Below, in pieces: positions 9,877-20,477 of a DNA stretch of 64,000 nucleotides. The notes beneath the pieces were generated by a model. That model saw nothing but the letters and a program-made list of their open reading frames with translations. It was not told the origin of the DNA and ran no database searches. How positions within the stretch are numbered: position 1 is the first letter of the stretch; each line of letters begins with the position of its first letter. The translations under genes were made by a program, and so were the position numbers. Source of the stretch: Alkalispirochaeta sp. (GTDB lineage: Bacteria; Spirochaetota; Spirochaetia; DSM-27196; Alkalispirochaetaceae); assembly GCA_965601925.1 (NCBI GenBank), contig OZ271854.1, forward strand, positions 4,288,001-4,352,000, read 5' to 3'.

Positions 9877-10632
9877 ATGCAACCCGGAATCGCGATTACG
9901 ATCTATCACATCAGCCTCCGCGACGGAACTGCGTTGTTCCTCCATCCTTTCGTGAAATCGGGCGATATGATTGAACTCGGCAGCTCCGTCGAGCTGGTCG
10001 GTCGATACGGCCGCGAGCCGCGTGTGGAGTCGGTGACGATGCTGCGGAACGATCTCTACCGGCGCATCGAAAACGACGTTCGCGACTGGATTAACGAACG
10101 TCGCTTCATTCCCCGCTTTCTTCTGGCGGCCGCCGCGTTCCTGGTGGTCTATCTCTTTTTGTCGGTGGTAATCCGCGACCCCCTTCCCGTGTTGGACGAG
10201 ATGCTGATCGGACTCGGGGTGGCGGTCGTTACGTTTATCGTGGTGGGGCGACGATTCGAACAGTCTCGTGCCGCCGCACGGCGCCGCGTGACCCTTCGTT
10301 CAAAGGTGGACGCCGTCGTCTTCTCCGAGGACCCGTTCGTGTACGCGTTGGAAGGGCTCGTGCAGAAGCTCGAAGAACGTGATCCGCTGGAGTCCGAGAC
10401 GTCGGAGGAGATACGCTCCGCCGCAGAGGAGCTGTATCGCACCTACCCGGCCGAGACATCCGATGTCATCCACCATCTACGTTCGACGGTCGCGGCAAAA
10501 CCGTATCGGAGTCTGGCCCGACAGATAAAACACGGCCGTATCGGTATGACCACCCGCGAACAGATCGAACAGGGCATCCTGGTGCCTTCGGTCGTTCGAC
10601 TTCTGAAGATTTTGGTGGAGACGCAGCGCTGA
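9877..10632 (+). CDS. Hypothetical membrane protein (two TM helices)
   Basis: Hydrophobic hairpin FLLAAAAFLVVYLFLSVV-RDPLPVLDE-MLIGLGVAVVTFIVV. Promoter TTGACA-17-TACTTT lies directly before ATG 9877. Confidence 0.75.
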   Translation: MQPGIAITIYHISLRDGTALFLHPFVKSGDMIELGSSVELVGRYGREPRVESVTMLRNDLYRRIENDVRDWINERRFIPRFLLAAAAFLVVYLFLSVVIRDPLPVLDEMLIGLGVAVVTFIVVGRRFEQSRAAARRRVTLRSKVDAVVFSEDPFVYALEGLVQKLEERDPLESETSEEIRSAAEELYRTYPAETSDVIHHLRSTVAAKPYRSLARQIKHGRIGMTTREQIEQGILVPSVVRLLKILVETQR

Positions 10633-13600
10633 CTACTTCCGCCGTACGACCAGCATCGTGATATCGTCGAACTGCTCGTCCTCCCCGAGGTGGGAGAAGA
10701 TCATGTACTGCCCGGTGTCCGAGGACTCACGCTCCGTCTGAGGCGCGTCGCGAGAGACCCCGTCCGAGGTCTCTTCGGTAGTCGCCTCATCGCTTCGTCC
10801 GGTGACCGGATGCGAGAAGTAAGCGTCGAACTGGCGGAAATGCTTTCGGAGAAAATCGACGACGACGCGGTCGATTGAGATACGGCTCTCCGGTCCCATA
10901 GAAGGATCGGGAACGAGGCGAAAGACACGCTCGGCGGCGACGACCGCCAACGCGGCATCGCGAGTCGCGTTATCACACGTCGAAAAATCAAAGATGAGCT
11001 CATCCTCGTGACCGGGATCCAACAACTTGGTAAGTCGATACGTCCCGCGCTCCTGCACCGCCGATACGATCCGGTGAATGCGCTCAATCCCGAACTCTTC
11101 GCCGTCTTGATTTTCGACGACGCCTTCCGGCACGTCGCCCGAGTCGATCATCTCCTTGGTTACCCGAAAGGCCCGCCAGTCCGCCCTGCGTAGAAGACGT
11201 TTCGCCTCCTCGACACCGTCGGTGAAGAGGAGCAAAATATCATCGCGTGCTATCATCTGCATCTGTTGGGGAAAGGTCACGGGAATGTCCGCGCTGGAAA
11301 ACGTGCCCGCCGCCGGGCCTCCGGCGATCGTCAGCTGTTCTACCGCGCGCTGGGACGCTCTGTAGATGTGCAACTGGTTATCGCCGGCGTTCGCGAGATA
11401 GAACGCTCCCTTTTCCACGTCCAGAATGCCCACCGTAAGCGCCGCGAAGCGTCCCTTGAACTGTCGCTCAGCGACGATATCGTTGATCCGGAGGACTAAC
11501 GACGAGAGGTCGAGTCCCGGAGCCTTGATCGTCCAGTTGCGAAAGTAGTCCTGAAAGACCGTCGCGACCTGGACCATGATGAGCGCGGCCGGGATTCCCT
11601 TTCCGGCTACGTCGCACTTTATCATCGCATAGTAACGGTCGCTCAGTTTTTGGTACGTAAAGTAGTCGCCCGAAACACCCTTTGCGCCTTCGTAGTACCC
11701 GAAGAAATAGATGCCGTCCTCATCCAACTCGCCGAACGTACGCTTGGTATCGTCGCTGATGGGCTCCAGTGGAATGAACGCCTTCTGCGTCTCCTTACCG
11801 AACTTGAGGTCTTTGTCGGCCTCGGCCGCTTTTACCAGTCCCGCAACCATATCGTTGATCGAATCGGCCAGCACGTTCAGCTCGTCGCGACTCTTCAGGT
11901 GCAACTCCCGACCCTTGAGGCGCGTCTTATCGTCGGTCGAGCCGATCTCCTCCACCAGCGCCACCAGACGATTGATGGGCCGCACGACGATCGTCGCCAA
12001 GATGTAGGCTCCGAAAACGCCGGCGGCAACGGCCAGGGCGGCGATAACCATCGTCGCCAACACGAGGTCACGTTGCGTCGAATCGATCTCATCGAGGATC
12101 AGTTGCGTCGATATCGCGACGCGTACGGTTCCGCGATAATAGTCCTCGAAACCGGCGTCCGCTCCAGGTACGATATCCAACACCGGCCGAAAAAAAAGAT
12201 AGCTCGTTACGTCGCGCCGTAGACGTGTGAAGTCGAACTCGGGCACGCTGCGAATGGGGCCCGCGATCTCGTCGAGTCGTCGGCGACCGCGGCGGAGTAA
12301 CTCGAGGCGCACTTGATCGATGCGCGCGATATCCTCCTCGCCGGCACCGCGCAGAATCAAGCCCTGCGCCTCCTGCGAGAGCCGTTCGAGCTCGATGGGT
12401 ATCTCCCCCAGATCGGCGGCGGCCTGCGCATTGATCTCCCGAGCGAGCCGGTCGACCACGGGCGTCACCTCGTCGGTCAGCCTCGAGACGCCCACGGTGT
12501 ACGCGTCGGTCGTGATGCGTCCCTCGGCGCCGTCGATGACCGCCGGGTCGATCGTTCCGTAAATCGTCTGGAGCTCTCCCAACCCGTTGAGCCCCGTAAT
12601 GGTCACGTAGGCCGCCTCGGCCATCGCCTCGCCTTGACTCGCGATCGTCTGTAGTTGATCGAGGTTGAGCTCGGGATTTTGTAGCGCCGGCCGCGCGCCG
12701 GTGACCTGCCCGTCGACCAATAGCTCGATTCGCTCCTGGAGTCCGCTCACCAGAATACGCTCCTGCCGCTGGAGCACGTTGCGCCCCAACACCACCGCGA
12801 CGAGTACGACCACGCCGATCACCAGAAGCACCACGAAGAAGGTAAATTTGATTCTGAGGCTGATTCCCTGAACTCTCATGCGTCGGGTCCTTTCCGCGCT
12901 TGCGCGCAGCGTCTCGGGGTCGGCGCCCAGTACCAACGCCCGTGCTTCGATGTTTAAGCGTTGAATCTCCCCGCCGATCCGCACCAGTCGCGCCGTCGAA
13001 ATGAGCATCAGCGCAGCTGCGGCGGCGACGGTAAGGTAGAAGGCGATATCCCGCGTGTCGACGGTACGCGAGCCTTCTACGAAGCGATATCTCGGAGCAA
13101 AGGAGCTTCGAAAATCGCCGTACACGATGACGCCCCGCGCCTGAATGGTAATCGGTGTCGGCGCGATATACATACCCCGCTCCGAGTGGAGAAGCCCTAT
13201 GCGGTACACGCCCGTTTCGAAATCGTCGATGAGGAGTCCGGACAACTCGCCGTCACTCTCCACGGAGAAATCATTCTGCCAATCGTTGAACTCGTGGTCG
13301 TAGGGCGGCACGCCGTCTCGATCCAGCACCACCCGCCTAATGGTGCCGTTGCTATCGAATCCGCGCCCCAGGACGGTCATTCGGTAGCGTCCCAACAGGT
13401 CGCGCGTTACCGGCGCGGCGAACACGCGCGTCACGGGGATGTACTTGTCGAGGCGGAGAGGCAGTGAGCGCGCCTCGCCGATATTCCCGACACTGTCGAC
13501 CGCTGCGACGGTCAGTACCCATAACCCGTTGTCCACGTTGGTACGCCCGATACTTTCCGACGTCGTCGTCACGCGGGGCGGGACCGCGACGCGGGGAAGG

Positions 13601-15285
13601 GCGTCTACTGCGACACCGGTATCCTCACCGAAAAAGTCGAGGCGTGTGCTGTAACCGGCGATAAGCCCCTCTTCGCCCGCCGGTGGGTTCCATCCGATTT
13701 GGAAGGTGTTCGACGCGAGAAAGCCGTTCTCGTCCACCGACGGAGGGGGGAACGACACCGGGGGCGGCGGTGTCGTATCGAGCTCGAAGCGCATCGTCGC
13801 CGGCTCCGACCAGTTGCCGGCAAAATCGGTCGAGCGCACCCTGAGATACCACGGCCCATCCTCCTCGGCTCGGACCACGACCGTGCGCTCGGGCACGCGC
13901 TGCACGATTTGTCGCGGTACAGGCGATTCTGGGTCGCGCGACCACGTCCACGCATAGGCTCGTATCCCCGACGCGTCGGGAGGGTCGCGAACCTCGAATC
14001 GCGCAACGGGACTTCCACTCCGCGCTCCGGCGCGAAAGTTGGCCGCCAGTATCTCCGGTTCCCGTACCGATTGATCGGGTTCCACGTACACGATATCGGA
14101 TCCCGCCGCCCCGCTGCGTCGCTGCCAGATGAGGTGCAATCGCTCGTTGAATATGACGCCCTCCGCGAAGGTCGCCTCGCCCACCGGCGGACTCAGGTTC
14201 TCCGTCTCCCAACGAAAAACGCCGCGCCGTCCGATGACGGTCCGACTGTTCCCTTGGGGATTGGTGAACCACACCAAAACCGGTCGGTCGCCCTCAAAAA
14301 TGATACGGGGAGAGCGTGCCAGATCGAACCGCCCGGTAACCTCTTCCAATAATCCGTCGGGGAGGCCGTCACGGTTCAGGCCGAGAAGATACACCTGTTG
14401 GCTCCCCGTTTGAAAACGGCGTTCCCACGTAAGAACGAATGAATCGCCGCCGGGAACTGAAGCTACATAGGGGCGCTGATTGTCGTAGAGATCGGGGTTA
14501 TCGGTCTGCGTCGGATCCACGAAAGTAGTAACGCGGCGCGCCTCGGACCAGCTGCGACCGCCGTCGTCGCTCGTCTTGAGATAGAGCTGATACGTACTTC
14601 GGGCGGTGATGTTGAGTCCCTGGTACACGACGTAGTCGCGCTCACCCACCGACGTGTGGCTGGGCAGAAAGGTCAGCCCGACATCTTCGTCGGGCTCCAA
14701 CTGTTCGGGATCGCTCCACGTCTCGCCGTCTTCCGATACGAGGTAGACGATCTGTTGCCGACCACCCAAGTTTTGGTTGACGAACAGGAGCATCGATCCG
14801 TCGGAGGTCACGAATAGTCGCGGCGCGACGTTGGCACGCTCGGTTGAAACGCGGTGGACGATTCCGAAACCCTCGCCGCCGTCGACACTTCGCAAGATGA
14901 TCGTCTCCTCCGCCGATGCGGTTACCGCGATGTAGATAGCCCCGGCGGCGTCGACCGCGGCGGAAAAGATATACGGCTCCGCGCGCCCGGCGTAGGAAAA
15001 CGGGCCGACTCGCCGCGATAAGGTACGCCACTGTCTCCCATCCGCCGAGGTTTGCAGCGAGAGGAAGACCTCGCCCTCCTCATCGCCGGTCGCTGCGCTA
15101 TCCTGATGGATAATCACGAGGGCGTCGGGGAGCGCCAAAAAGTGAGGAAAGCGCGCCTGATCGGTCGCGAGAAGGCGCGGTTCTTCGAAGTATATCGTGC
15201 CGTCGGAAGAACCCCCGGGTACGGTCGATGCACTCGCCGCCTCTTGGGTCGCCACGGACCGTGCCGTGATAAGAATGAGTCCCAC
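10633..15285 (-). CDS. Large membrane sensor: BNR/Asp-box (sialidase-like) and FN3-like extracytoplasmic domains, HAMP, and SpoIIE/PP2C phosphatase
   Basis: Asp-boxes SADGRQW, SEDGETWS and SDDGGRSWS; HAMP motif RDELNVLADSINDM; PP2C motifs GVSGDYF, CDVAGKG, FTDG and DDITMLV. The true start may be upstream (see findings). Confidence 0.9.
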   Translation of the reverse strand: MGLILITARSVATQEAASASTVPGGSSDGTIYFEEPRLLATDQARFPHFLALPDALVIIHQDSAATGDEEGEVFLSLQTSADGRQWRTLSRRVGPFSYAGRAEPYIFSAAVDAAGAIYIAVTASAEETIILRSVDGGEGFGIVHRVSTERANVAPRLFVTSDGSMLLFVNQNLGGRQQIVYLVSEDGETWSDPEQLEPDEDVGLTFLPSHTSVGERDYVVYQGLNITARSTYQLYLKTSDDGGRSWSEARRVTTFVDPTQTDNPDLYDNQRPYVASVPGGDSFVLTWERRFQTGSQQVYLLGLNRDGLPDGLLEEVTGRFDLARSPRIIFEGDRPVLVWFTNPQGNSRTVIGRRGVFRWETENLSPPVGEATFAEGVIFNERLHLIWQRRSGAAGSDIVYVEPDQSVREPEILAANFRAGARSGSPVARFEVRDPPDASGIRAYAWTWSRDPESPVPRQIVQRVPERTVVVRAEEDGPWYLRVRSTDFAGNWSEPATMRFELDTTPPPPVSFPPPSVDENGFLASNTFQIGWNPPAGEEGLIAGYSTRLDFFGEDTGVAVDALPRVAVPPRVTTTSESIGRTNVDNGLWVLTVAAVDSVGNIGEARSLPLRLDKYIPVTRVFAAPVTRDLLGRYRMTVLGRGFDSNGTIRRVVLDRDGVPPYDHEFNDWQNDFSVESDGELSGLLIDDFETGVYRIGLLHSERGMYIAPTPITIQARGVIVYGDFRSSFAPRYRFVEGSRTVDTRDIAFYLTVAAAAALMLISTARLVRIGGEIQRLNIEARALVLGADPETLRASAERTRRMRVQGISLRIKFTFFVVLLVIGVVVLVAVVLGRNVLQRQERILVSGLQERIELLVDGQVTGARPALQNPELNLDQLQTIASQGEAMAEAAYVTITGLNGLGELQTIYGTIDPAVIDGAEGRITTDAYTVGVSRLTDEVTPVVDRLAREINAQAAADLGEIPIELERLSQEAQGLILRGAGEEDIARIDQVRLELLRRGRRRLDEIAGPIRSVPEFDFTRLRRDVTSYLFFRPVLDIVPGADAGFEDYYRGTVRVAISTQLILDEIDSTQRDLVLATMVIAALAVAAGVFGAYILATIVVRPINRLVALVEEIGSTDDKTRLKGRELHLKSRDELNVLADSINDMVAGLVKAAEADKDLKFGKETQKAFIPLEPISDDTKRTFGELDEDGIYFFGYYEGAKGVSGDYFTYQKLSDRYYAMIKCDVAGKGIPAALIMVQVATVFQDYFRNWTIKAPGLDLSSLVLRINDIVAERQFKGRFAALTVGILDVEKGAFYLANAGDNQLHIYRASQRAVEQLTIAGGPAAGTFSSADIPVTFPQQMQMIARDDILLLFTDGVEEAKRLLRRADWRAFRVTKEMIDSGDVPEGVVENQDGEEFGIERIHRIVSAVQERGTYRLTKLLDPGHEDELIFDFSTCDNATRDAALAVVAAERVFRLVPDPSMGPESRISIDRVVVDFLRKHFRQFDAYFSHPVTGRSDEATTEETSDGVSRDAPQTERESSDTGQYMIFSHLGEDEQFDDITMLVVRRK

Positions 15286-15299
15286 CGCGATGCAATATC

Positions 15300-18296
15300 T
15301 CAGATGCCGAGCCGTAGAGCGATCCTCCTGCGAAGTTCCACCAGAGGCGGATACCCCTGATTGTCGGCATGTTCCAACAGGCGTTCGACGATCGCTAAGG
15401 CCTGCAGCACGCCGCCTTGGCTGAATAGGGTCTCCGCGCGGCGATACTGCTGCTCGTCGGTCGTGGAGAGGGCGACGGTCGCCTGCCCGCCCAACTGGAT
15501 GCGTAGTTGATCCAGCAAAAACTTCGCGTCGTTGTTGTTCGGATTGAGATCGACCGCCTCTTCCAGGAGCGATACCGCGACGACGACCTGGTCGCGGCTG
15601 CCACCCGAGAGACCGCTCGCGCGCTGAAAGAGTTGCGACGCTTGGCCGACGCGCGCCTGATCGATGGGGTTCGGCCGTAGGTTAAGGGCTATCTCCAGCT
15701 GCCGAATACGCTCCTGTATGCCCGGGAAGTCGGGATTAATCTCCGCCAACACCTCAAGTTCGCCGTACACCTCAAGAGGTCCCTCCTGATCGAGACGCGC
15801 AATCGCCGCCTCGTAACGCGCCGTGAAGACGGCGTCAAAATCGTCGGTGTTTTGAATCTGTGCGATCCGGAGCTCCAGGATACGCGCGTCCCAGTTGAGG
15901 GGCCTTACGTCGCGCACGTTCCGGAGATTCTCGATCGCCCGTTCGAAGAACGCGTTTGCCCGCCGATTCTCTCCTCGCTCGAGCAATCGCTCCGCCTCGT
16001 TGAAGTCCTCACGCGCGATGCTGAGATAGTTGCTCAAAATGGGATAGAGGGGATCGGTAATGGCGAGCTCGCGCCCCTCTTCCAGACTTAACGCGGCGGT
16101 CACAAGGCGGAGAAGGCGATCGATCTCGGTATTGGCCGCGACATTGGTCTGCTCCCACGATTGTTGGGCGGCGAGGAGCGTGTCGCGTGCGCCGATGTAC
16201 TCGTCTTGGTTATACAAGTTTTCGGCTTGGATCAACAGTTCTCGTACTCGGCGGACGACGACGACATTCTCCAGCTCTTGGAGTTCCAAACCGACCTCGC
16301 GAATCGCCGTATCGGCGGCACGTCGCAGCACGGGATCCTCGCGTAACGTAAGGGCGGTCAAAAAGGCCTCCTGCGCGGCATTGTAGTTGTTGCGCGCCGC
16401 ATTTACCTGAAAGGCGGCGATCGCCGTTCTCGCGTCGACGACGCGTTGTGTCGCCTCCTGTTGGAGTGCCGCAGCGCGGTCGATGAGCGACTGCGCCTCT
16501 TCCACGCCCGCCGCCGTGCGCTCCCGAAGCTCGGTAATACGCGTCCCCAACGCATCGAGTCTCTCTATCTCACGCCGAACCGTACTCGAATCGACGATAT
16601 AGTCCGCGTCACCCGCGAGCTCTTCGCGTGCGCTCTGTTGCTCAGCGCTCAACCGTTCGACGATCCGGGAGACCGCCCGATATCCCTCCAAGGCGCGGTC
16701 GGGATAGCGTACGGTACGTATCGAGCCCTCCTCCCCCGGGACTTCCTCCTCGATACCCGCGGTAAGGGGCGCAAATTCGATCAACTCCATCTCCTGAGCC
16801 GCGGCGATATCGTCCAAGTCCTCCGTCTGAGCGGAGGAGATCGCAACGGCGAGCGACTGCTCGCCGGCTATCGTCCGATCGAGTCCGTCGGCCCATTGGA
16901 GGTGGCCTCCATCGACGAGTTCGTCGATCGTCTCGTTGCGATACGCGTCGGGAAGCCCGATGATAGTCGCAAGCGTCTCCTCGTATTCATCGCCCCCGCG
17001 ACGCAGTGATGTGACGGTCGCGCGCGTTGCTTCCTTCCGCTCTCGAAGGACGGCGAGCTCTACGGTACGATCGAGCGATTGCTCGGTGACGCTCGCCATG
17101 ACGGCGCTGTAGGCGGCAAGACTCTCAGCCACCGCGGCGACGGCGCGTGGGTGAATGATAACGTGCGCCTCCTCAGGATCGAGTCGTTCGAGAATCGTCT
17201 CGAGAGTGGGTTGCGGTTCAAATACGCCGGCGAGAGCCGCCGCCGCCTGTTCCCAAAGTGCCGCCGCCGCGATCGCCGTCCGGTAGCTCTCGCCCGCCGC
17301 ATCGAACCGCTCTGCCGCGACCGCATCGTCGGCGATCCGCAAAAGATCGGCCGTGCGAGTACGGCCGGCGTCGGCCAACGGACCGATCGTGCCTCGATAC
17401 GCGCCCTCGATCGCGCTCACGATCCCCTCGTCTCCCCGATACTCGTTGCGACCCCGGGCAATAAAGTCCTGAAAGTTGAGATACCAGTCGACCGGATCGT
17501 CGGGAAATTGAAGCGGCACTTGCGACTTGATGACGGCAATACCCCGGGCTACCTCGTCGGCGGATGCGAGAATGCCGATGATACGACGCGCCTCATCGAA
17601 CAGGGGTGCGAGATCCCCCCGATTCAGAGACAACACGTCATCCCCCGCCGAGGCGAGGACGGCGCCGCCGGCCGCCTCGTAGGAGGGAAGCGCCTCAAAA
17701 AACTCCTCCGTTACCGCAGAAAGGTTCGCTACAGCCTGATTCACGGAGTTGACGAAGATATCGCCGTAGCCGCGCGCATCGAAGCGATCGCGCTGGAGAT
17801 CGCGTAGCTGAAGATACAAAGCGACGGCTCCGGTATAGTCGCCGCCGTCCAACAAGAGCCGCGCCTCGTCCATTTGCTCCTGGACGACGCTGCGGTCGAA
17901 GGCGAGTTGGGCCACGATACGCGCGTCCTGTACCTGCTCGACGACGCGTTCGTTGGGAAACTCATCGAGCGCTTCCATACGGTCGATAATCTCCAGCGTG
18001 CGTTCGATATCGTCGGGATTGTTCACGAGATTGTCGATCAGCTCTTCAAAGAGTACGTTGTACTCACCGCGAATCTGACGAATCGTACGCATGAGCGCCT
18101 CGGACTCCTGGATACGTTCCGGGTCCTCGCGCACCGTCTGCTCAAGGAGGAGAATCGCTTCGTTTATTCGGTTTTCCGAGATCAACTCTCGCGCCTGTCG
18201 AATCGGGTCCTCTTGCCGACCGGCCGCGGCAAGTGGTAGCGCGAGTGAGAGGAATATGATGCAAGTAAAAAGGTACGAGCGAAACGTTTTTTTCAT
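15300..18296 (-). CDS. Large exported helical/TPR-like protein
   Basis: Signal peptide MKKTFRSYLFTCIIFLSLALPLAA and TPR-like segments (AVDLNPNNNDAKFLL). About 1000 aa, predicted by eye to be all-alpha. Confidence 0.8.
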   Translation of the reverse strand: MKKTFRSYLFTCIIFLSLALPLAAAGRQEDPIRQARELISENRINEAILLLEQTVREDPERIQESEALMRTIRQIRGEYNVLFEELIDNLVNNPDDIERTLEIIDRMEALDEFPNERVVEQVQDARIVAQLAFDRSVVQEQMDEARLLLDGGDYTGAVALYLQLRDLQRDRFDARGYGDIFVNSVNQAVANLSAVTEEFFEALPSYEAAGGAVLASAGDDVLSLNRGDLAPLFDEARRIIGILASADEVARGIAVIKSQVPLQFPDDPVDWYLNFQDFIARGRNEYRGDEGIVSAIEGAYRGTIGPLADAGRTRTADLLRIADDAVAAERFDAAGESYRTAIAAAALWEQAAAALAGVFEPQPTLETILERLDPEEAHVIIHPRAVAAVAESLAAYSAVMASVTEQSLDRTVELAVLRERKEATRATVTSLRRGGDEYEETLATIIGLPDAYRNETIDELVDGGHLQWADGLDRTIAGEQSLAVAISSAQTEDLDDIAAAQEMELIEFAPLTAGIEEEVPGEEGSIRTVRYPDRALEGYRAVSRIVERLSAEQQSAREELAGDADYIVDSSTVRREIERLDALGTRITELRERTAAGVEEAQSLIDRAAALQQEATQRVVDARTAIAAFQVNAARNNYNAAQEAFLTALTLREDPVLRRAADTAIREVGLELQELENVVVVRRVRELLIQAENLYNQDEYIGARDTLLAAQQSWEQTNVAANTEIDRLLRLVTAALSLEEGRELAITDPLYPILSNYLSIAREDFNEAERLLERGENRRANAFFERAIENLRNVRDVRPLNWDARILELRIAQIQNTDDFDAVFTARYEAAIARLDQEGPLEVYGELEVLAEINPDFPGIQERIRQLEIALNLRPNPIDQARVGQASQLFQRASGLSGGSRDQVVVAVSLLEEAVDLNPNNNDAKFLLDQLRIQLGGQATVALSTTDEQQYRRAETLFSQGGVLQALAIVERLLEHADNQGYPPLVELRRRIALRLGI

Positions 18297-18390
18297 CCCT
18301 TCCCGACTCCAATGTATCACGGAGAGCGATACGACAGCTACTCGCGCAAAACGATGCTATATATAGAATAATCGGCATAGAAGCGATAGA

Positions 18391-19668
18391 ATGAAATCAG
18401 GAGACCGATTGAAACGGCGACTTCTTTCGACCATTGTCATCGCGATACTCGCCGTGGAATTCAGCGTAGCCGCCGGTCTGTCGGAAGACTCCTTCAGCGA
18501 TTGGTATGGAGACATTGCAGATATTACCTCGTCGGAGGATATCGAGAATACCGGTCTTACCGTGTTTCCCACCCTCACCATTCCCATGGGTGGTGAATAT
18601 GAGGCGTTGGGCAGCGCCTATACCGCCGGCGCCCGGGACGTCACCTTTCTCGAAGCCAATCCGGCGGCGAGCGCCAATCTTACCGATACCGAACTGGCCT
18701 TTTTTCACAACAACTTGATCGCCGATACAAATATGGAGGGCGTCGCCTACACGACGCGTATCGAGGACTTCGGAGTCGGGGCGGGAGGTAAGTTCCTGCA
18801 CGTCCCGTTTACCGAGTACGGCGACTTCGGCGAGCAACTCGGTACCGCGCGCTATATCGAAGCGGTCATCGCGGCCAACGCGTCCTACAACTTCTTCGAC
18901 AGTTTCTATTTCGACGGGGTTTCGGCGGGGGCGAATCTCAAGGTTGCCTACCGCAGCATTCCCGAGACGATTGCGCCGAACCAGTCGGCCGCAGGCGTCA
19001 TGGTCGATCTGGGTCTCCTGCATCGCTTTAATTTTCTCAAGTTCTATCCGTCCAGATCGCGAAACGTCTCCGTCGGAACGACCCTACGTAACTTCGGACC
19101 AACCGTGTTGGACGAGCCGCTGCCGGCGAGTTGGACCACCGGTCTGGGATACTCGCCGTTGCGCCCGTTGTTACTCACCTTCGACGTGAGCGTGCCGATG
19201 ACACCCTTTTCGTCGGTTCCGACCGAACCGGTAAGCTACGCCTCGGGTATGGCGGTCACCGTGACGGAGTTTTTTATCATGCGAGGCGGTTTTCAGCTGC
19301 GCGGCGGCAATCCCCGAATCACCATGGGCGGCGGCGTCGACATTCAAAATATGACTATCACGGTGAATTACACCCTGGATATGACGACTCAGCTCAGCGC
19401 GTTCGACCGTTTCAGTCTCCAGTTGGGCTTTGCGTTCGGCGACCGCGGGCGCGGGCAGCGTCAAGACCAGGTGCGCAACCTGTATCTCGATGCCCTGCAG
19501 GCATTTGCAAACGGCGATCTGGAACGAACGATCGAACTCACCGCCCAGGCGTTGGAACTCGATCCGTCGTTTCAGCCCGCCTCGGAAACGCTACAGATGG
19601 CGCGGCGCATGCTCGACCTGCAACGGCAAATGGACGCGATCCAAACGGGCGAGGATCTCGAAAACTGA
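18391..19668 (+). CDS. UPF0164 family (FadL-like outer-membrane beta-barrel) protein with C-terminal TPR
   Basis: NTGLTVFPTLTIPMGGEYEALGSAYTA...EANPAASA is the UPF0164/FadL NPA-type signature, followed by alternating beta-strand pattern and C-terminal ALELDPSFQPA. Confidence 0.8.
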   Translation: MKSGDRLKRRLLSTIVIAILAVEFSVAAGLSEDSFSDWYGDIADITSSEDIENTGLTVFPTLTIPMGGEYEALGSAYTAGARDVTFLEANPAASANLTDTELAFFHNNLIADTNMEGVAYTTRIEDFGVGAGGKFLHVPFTEYGDFGEQLGTARYIEAVIAANASYNFFDSFYFDGVSAGANLKVAYRSIPETIAPNQSAAGVMVDLGLLHRFNFLKFYPSRSRNVSVGTTLRNFGPTVLDEPLPASWTTGLGYSPLRPLLLTFDVSVPMTPFSSVPTEPVSYASGMAVTVTEFFIMRGGFQLRGGNPRITMGGGVDIQNMTITVNYTLDMTTQLSAFDRFSLQLGFAFGDRGRGQRQDQVRNLYLDALQAFANGDLERTIELTAQALELDPSFQPASETLQMARRMLDLQRQMDAIQTGEDLEN

Positions 19669-19681
19669 CGTTCTGCAGCGG

Positions 19682-20476
19682 TTATCGATCTTTTCGGCGT
19701 CCGAACGACCGCAGCCACCCGGTGAAAGTACGGTTTATTGGAGAGTTCGCTATCGGACCGCGACCGGGCACCCTCTCACCGCGCGCAGTTCCCGTTAGCT
19801 CACGATCCGATAAGACGATGTAGGCCAACGCGTCGGTCGCCTCCAAAGCCGTGGTATCGCGCGAAACGCGGCGCAGAATGACCGGTCCGAACACTCCGTA
19901 ACAGTAGTACTGCGCCCCGTTGAGGATCACCGGCCCCGGGTCACCGCCCGTTACCAGCGTGGTCGCTATCGACCGGATCGACGGAACGCACCGTGTCGCC
20001 AACGAGTCGGTTTCATCGTCGGCGTCGTCGGCCGCCTCACGGCTGCGATAATGGAGGCGTCCTTGAGCGCCCAGTACAATAATTTTGTGATCGGAGAGAT
20101 CGATAAGATGTTCAATGAGCGCCGCTTGCGCCTCAATGCGGCCCTTCTTCAGAAGCGTCGAACGGCGCAGGAGGCGGTAGTACTCCTGGATCGCCGTTCC
20201 CAACGATCCGAGATTTCCCTCTTCGAGCGCATCTTTGTCCGACGCCAGCCGTAACAGTTCGCGTTCCACGGCTCGGTTGAGCCGCGTAAGCCTCGCCGGA
20301 AGGACAATGAGTGCAACGACCGTACCGATGAGTATCGCGGCGGCGGCCTCCAGTGCGATCGAGCGGTTGGCATCGGCGAATATGACAAGCGCCGACGCCG
20401 CAGCGACCGCAAGGATGAACAGGACTTGCGCCACCCGGATCATGCGTCGGGAGATAAGCAAGGTGCGTCGGCTCAT
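19682..20476 (-). CDS. Hypothetical membrane protein (2 TM, possible HAMP/PAS-like region)
   Basis: Two N-terminal hydrophobic helices; last gene of the ktr operon. Confidence 0.65.
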   Translation of the reverse strand: MSRRTLLISRRMIRVAQVLFILAVAAASALVIFADANRSIALEAAAAILIGTVVALIVLPARLTRLNRAVERELLRLASDKDALEEGNLGSLGTAIQEYYRLLRRSTLLKKGRIEAQAALIEHLIDLSDHKIIVLGAQGRLHYRSREAADDADDETDSLATRCVPSIRSIATTLVTGGDPGPVILNGAQYYCYGVFGPVILRRVSRDTTALEATDALAYIVLSDRELTGTARGERVPGRGPIANSPINRTFTGWLRSFGRRKDR

Positions 20477-20477
20477 C

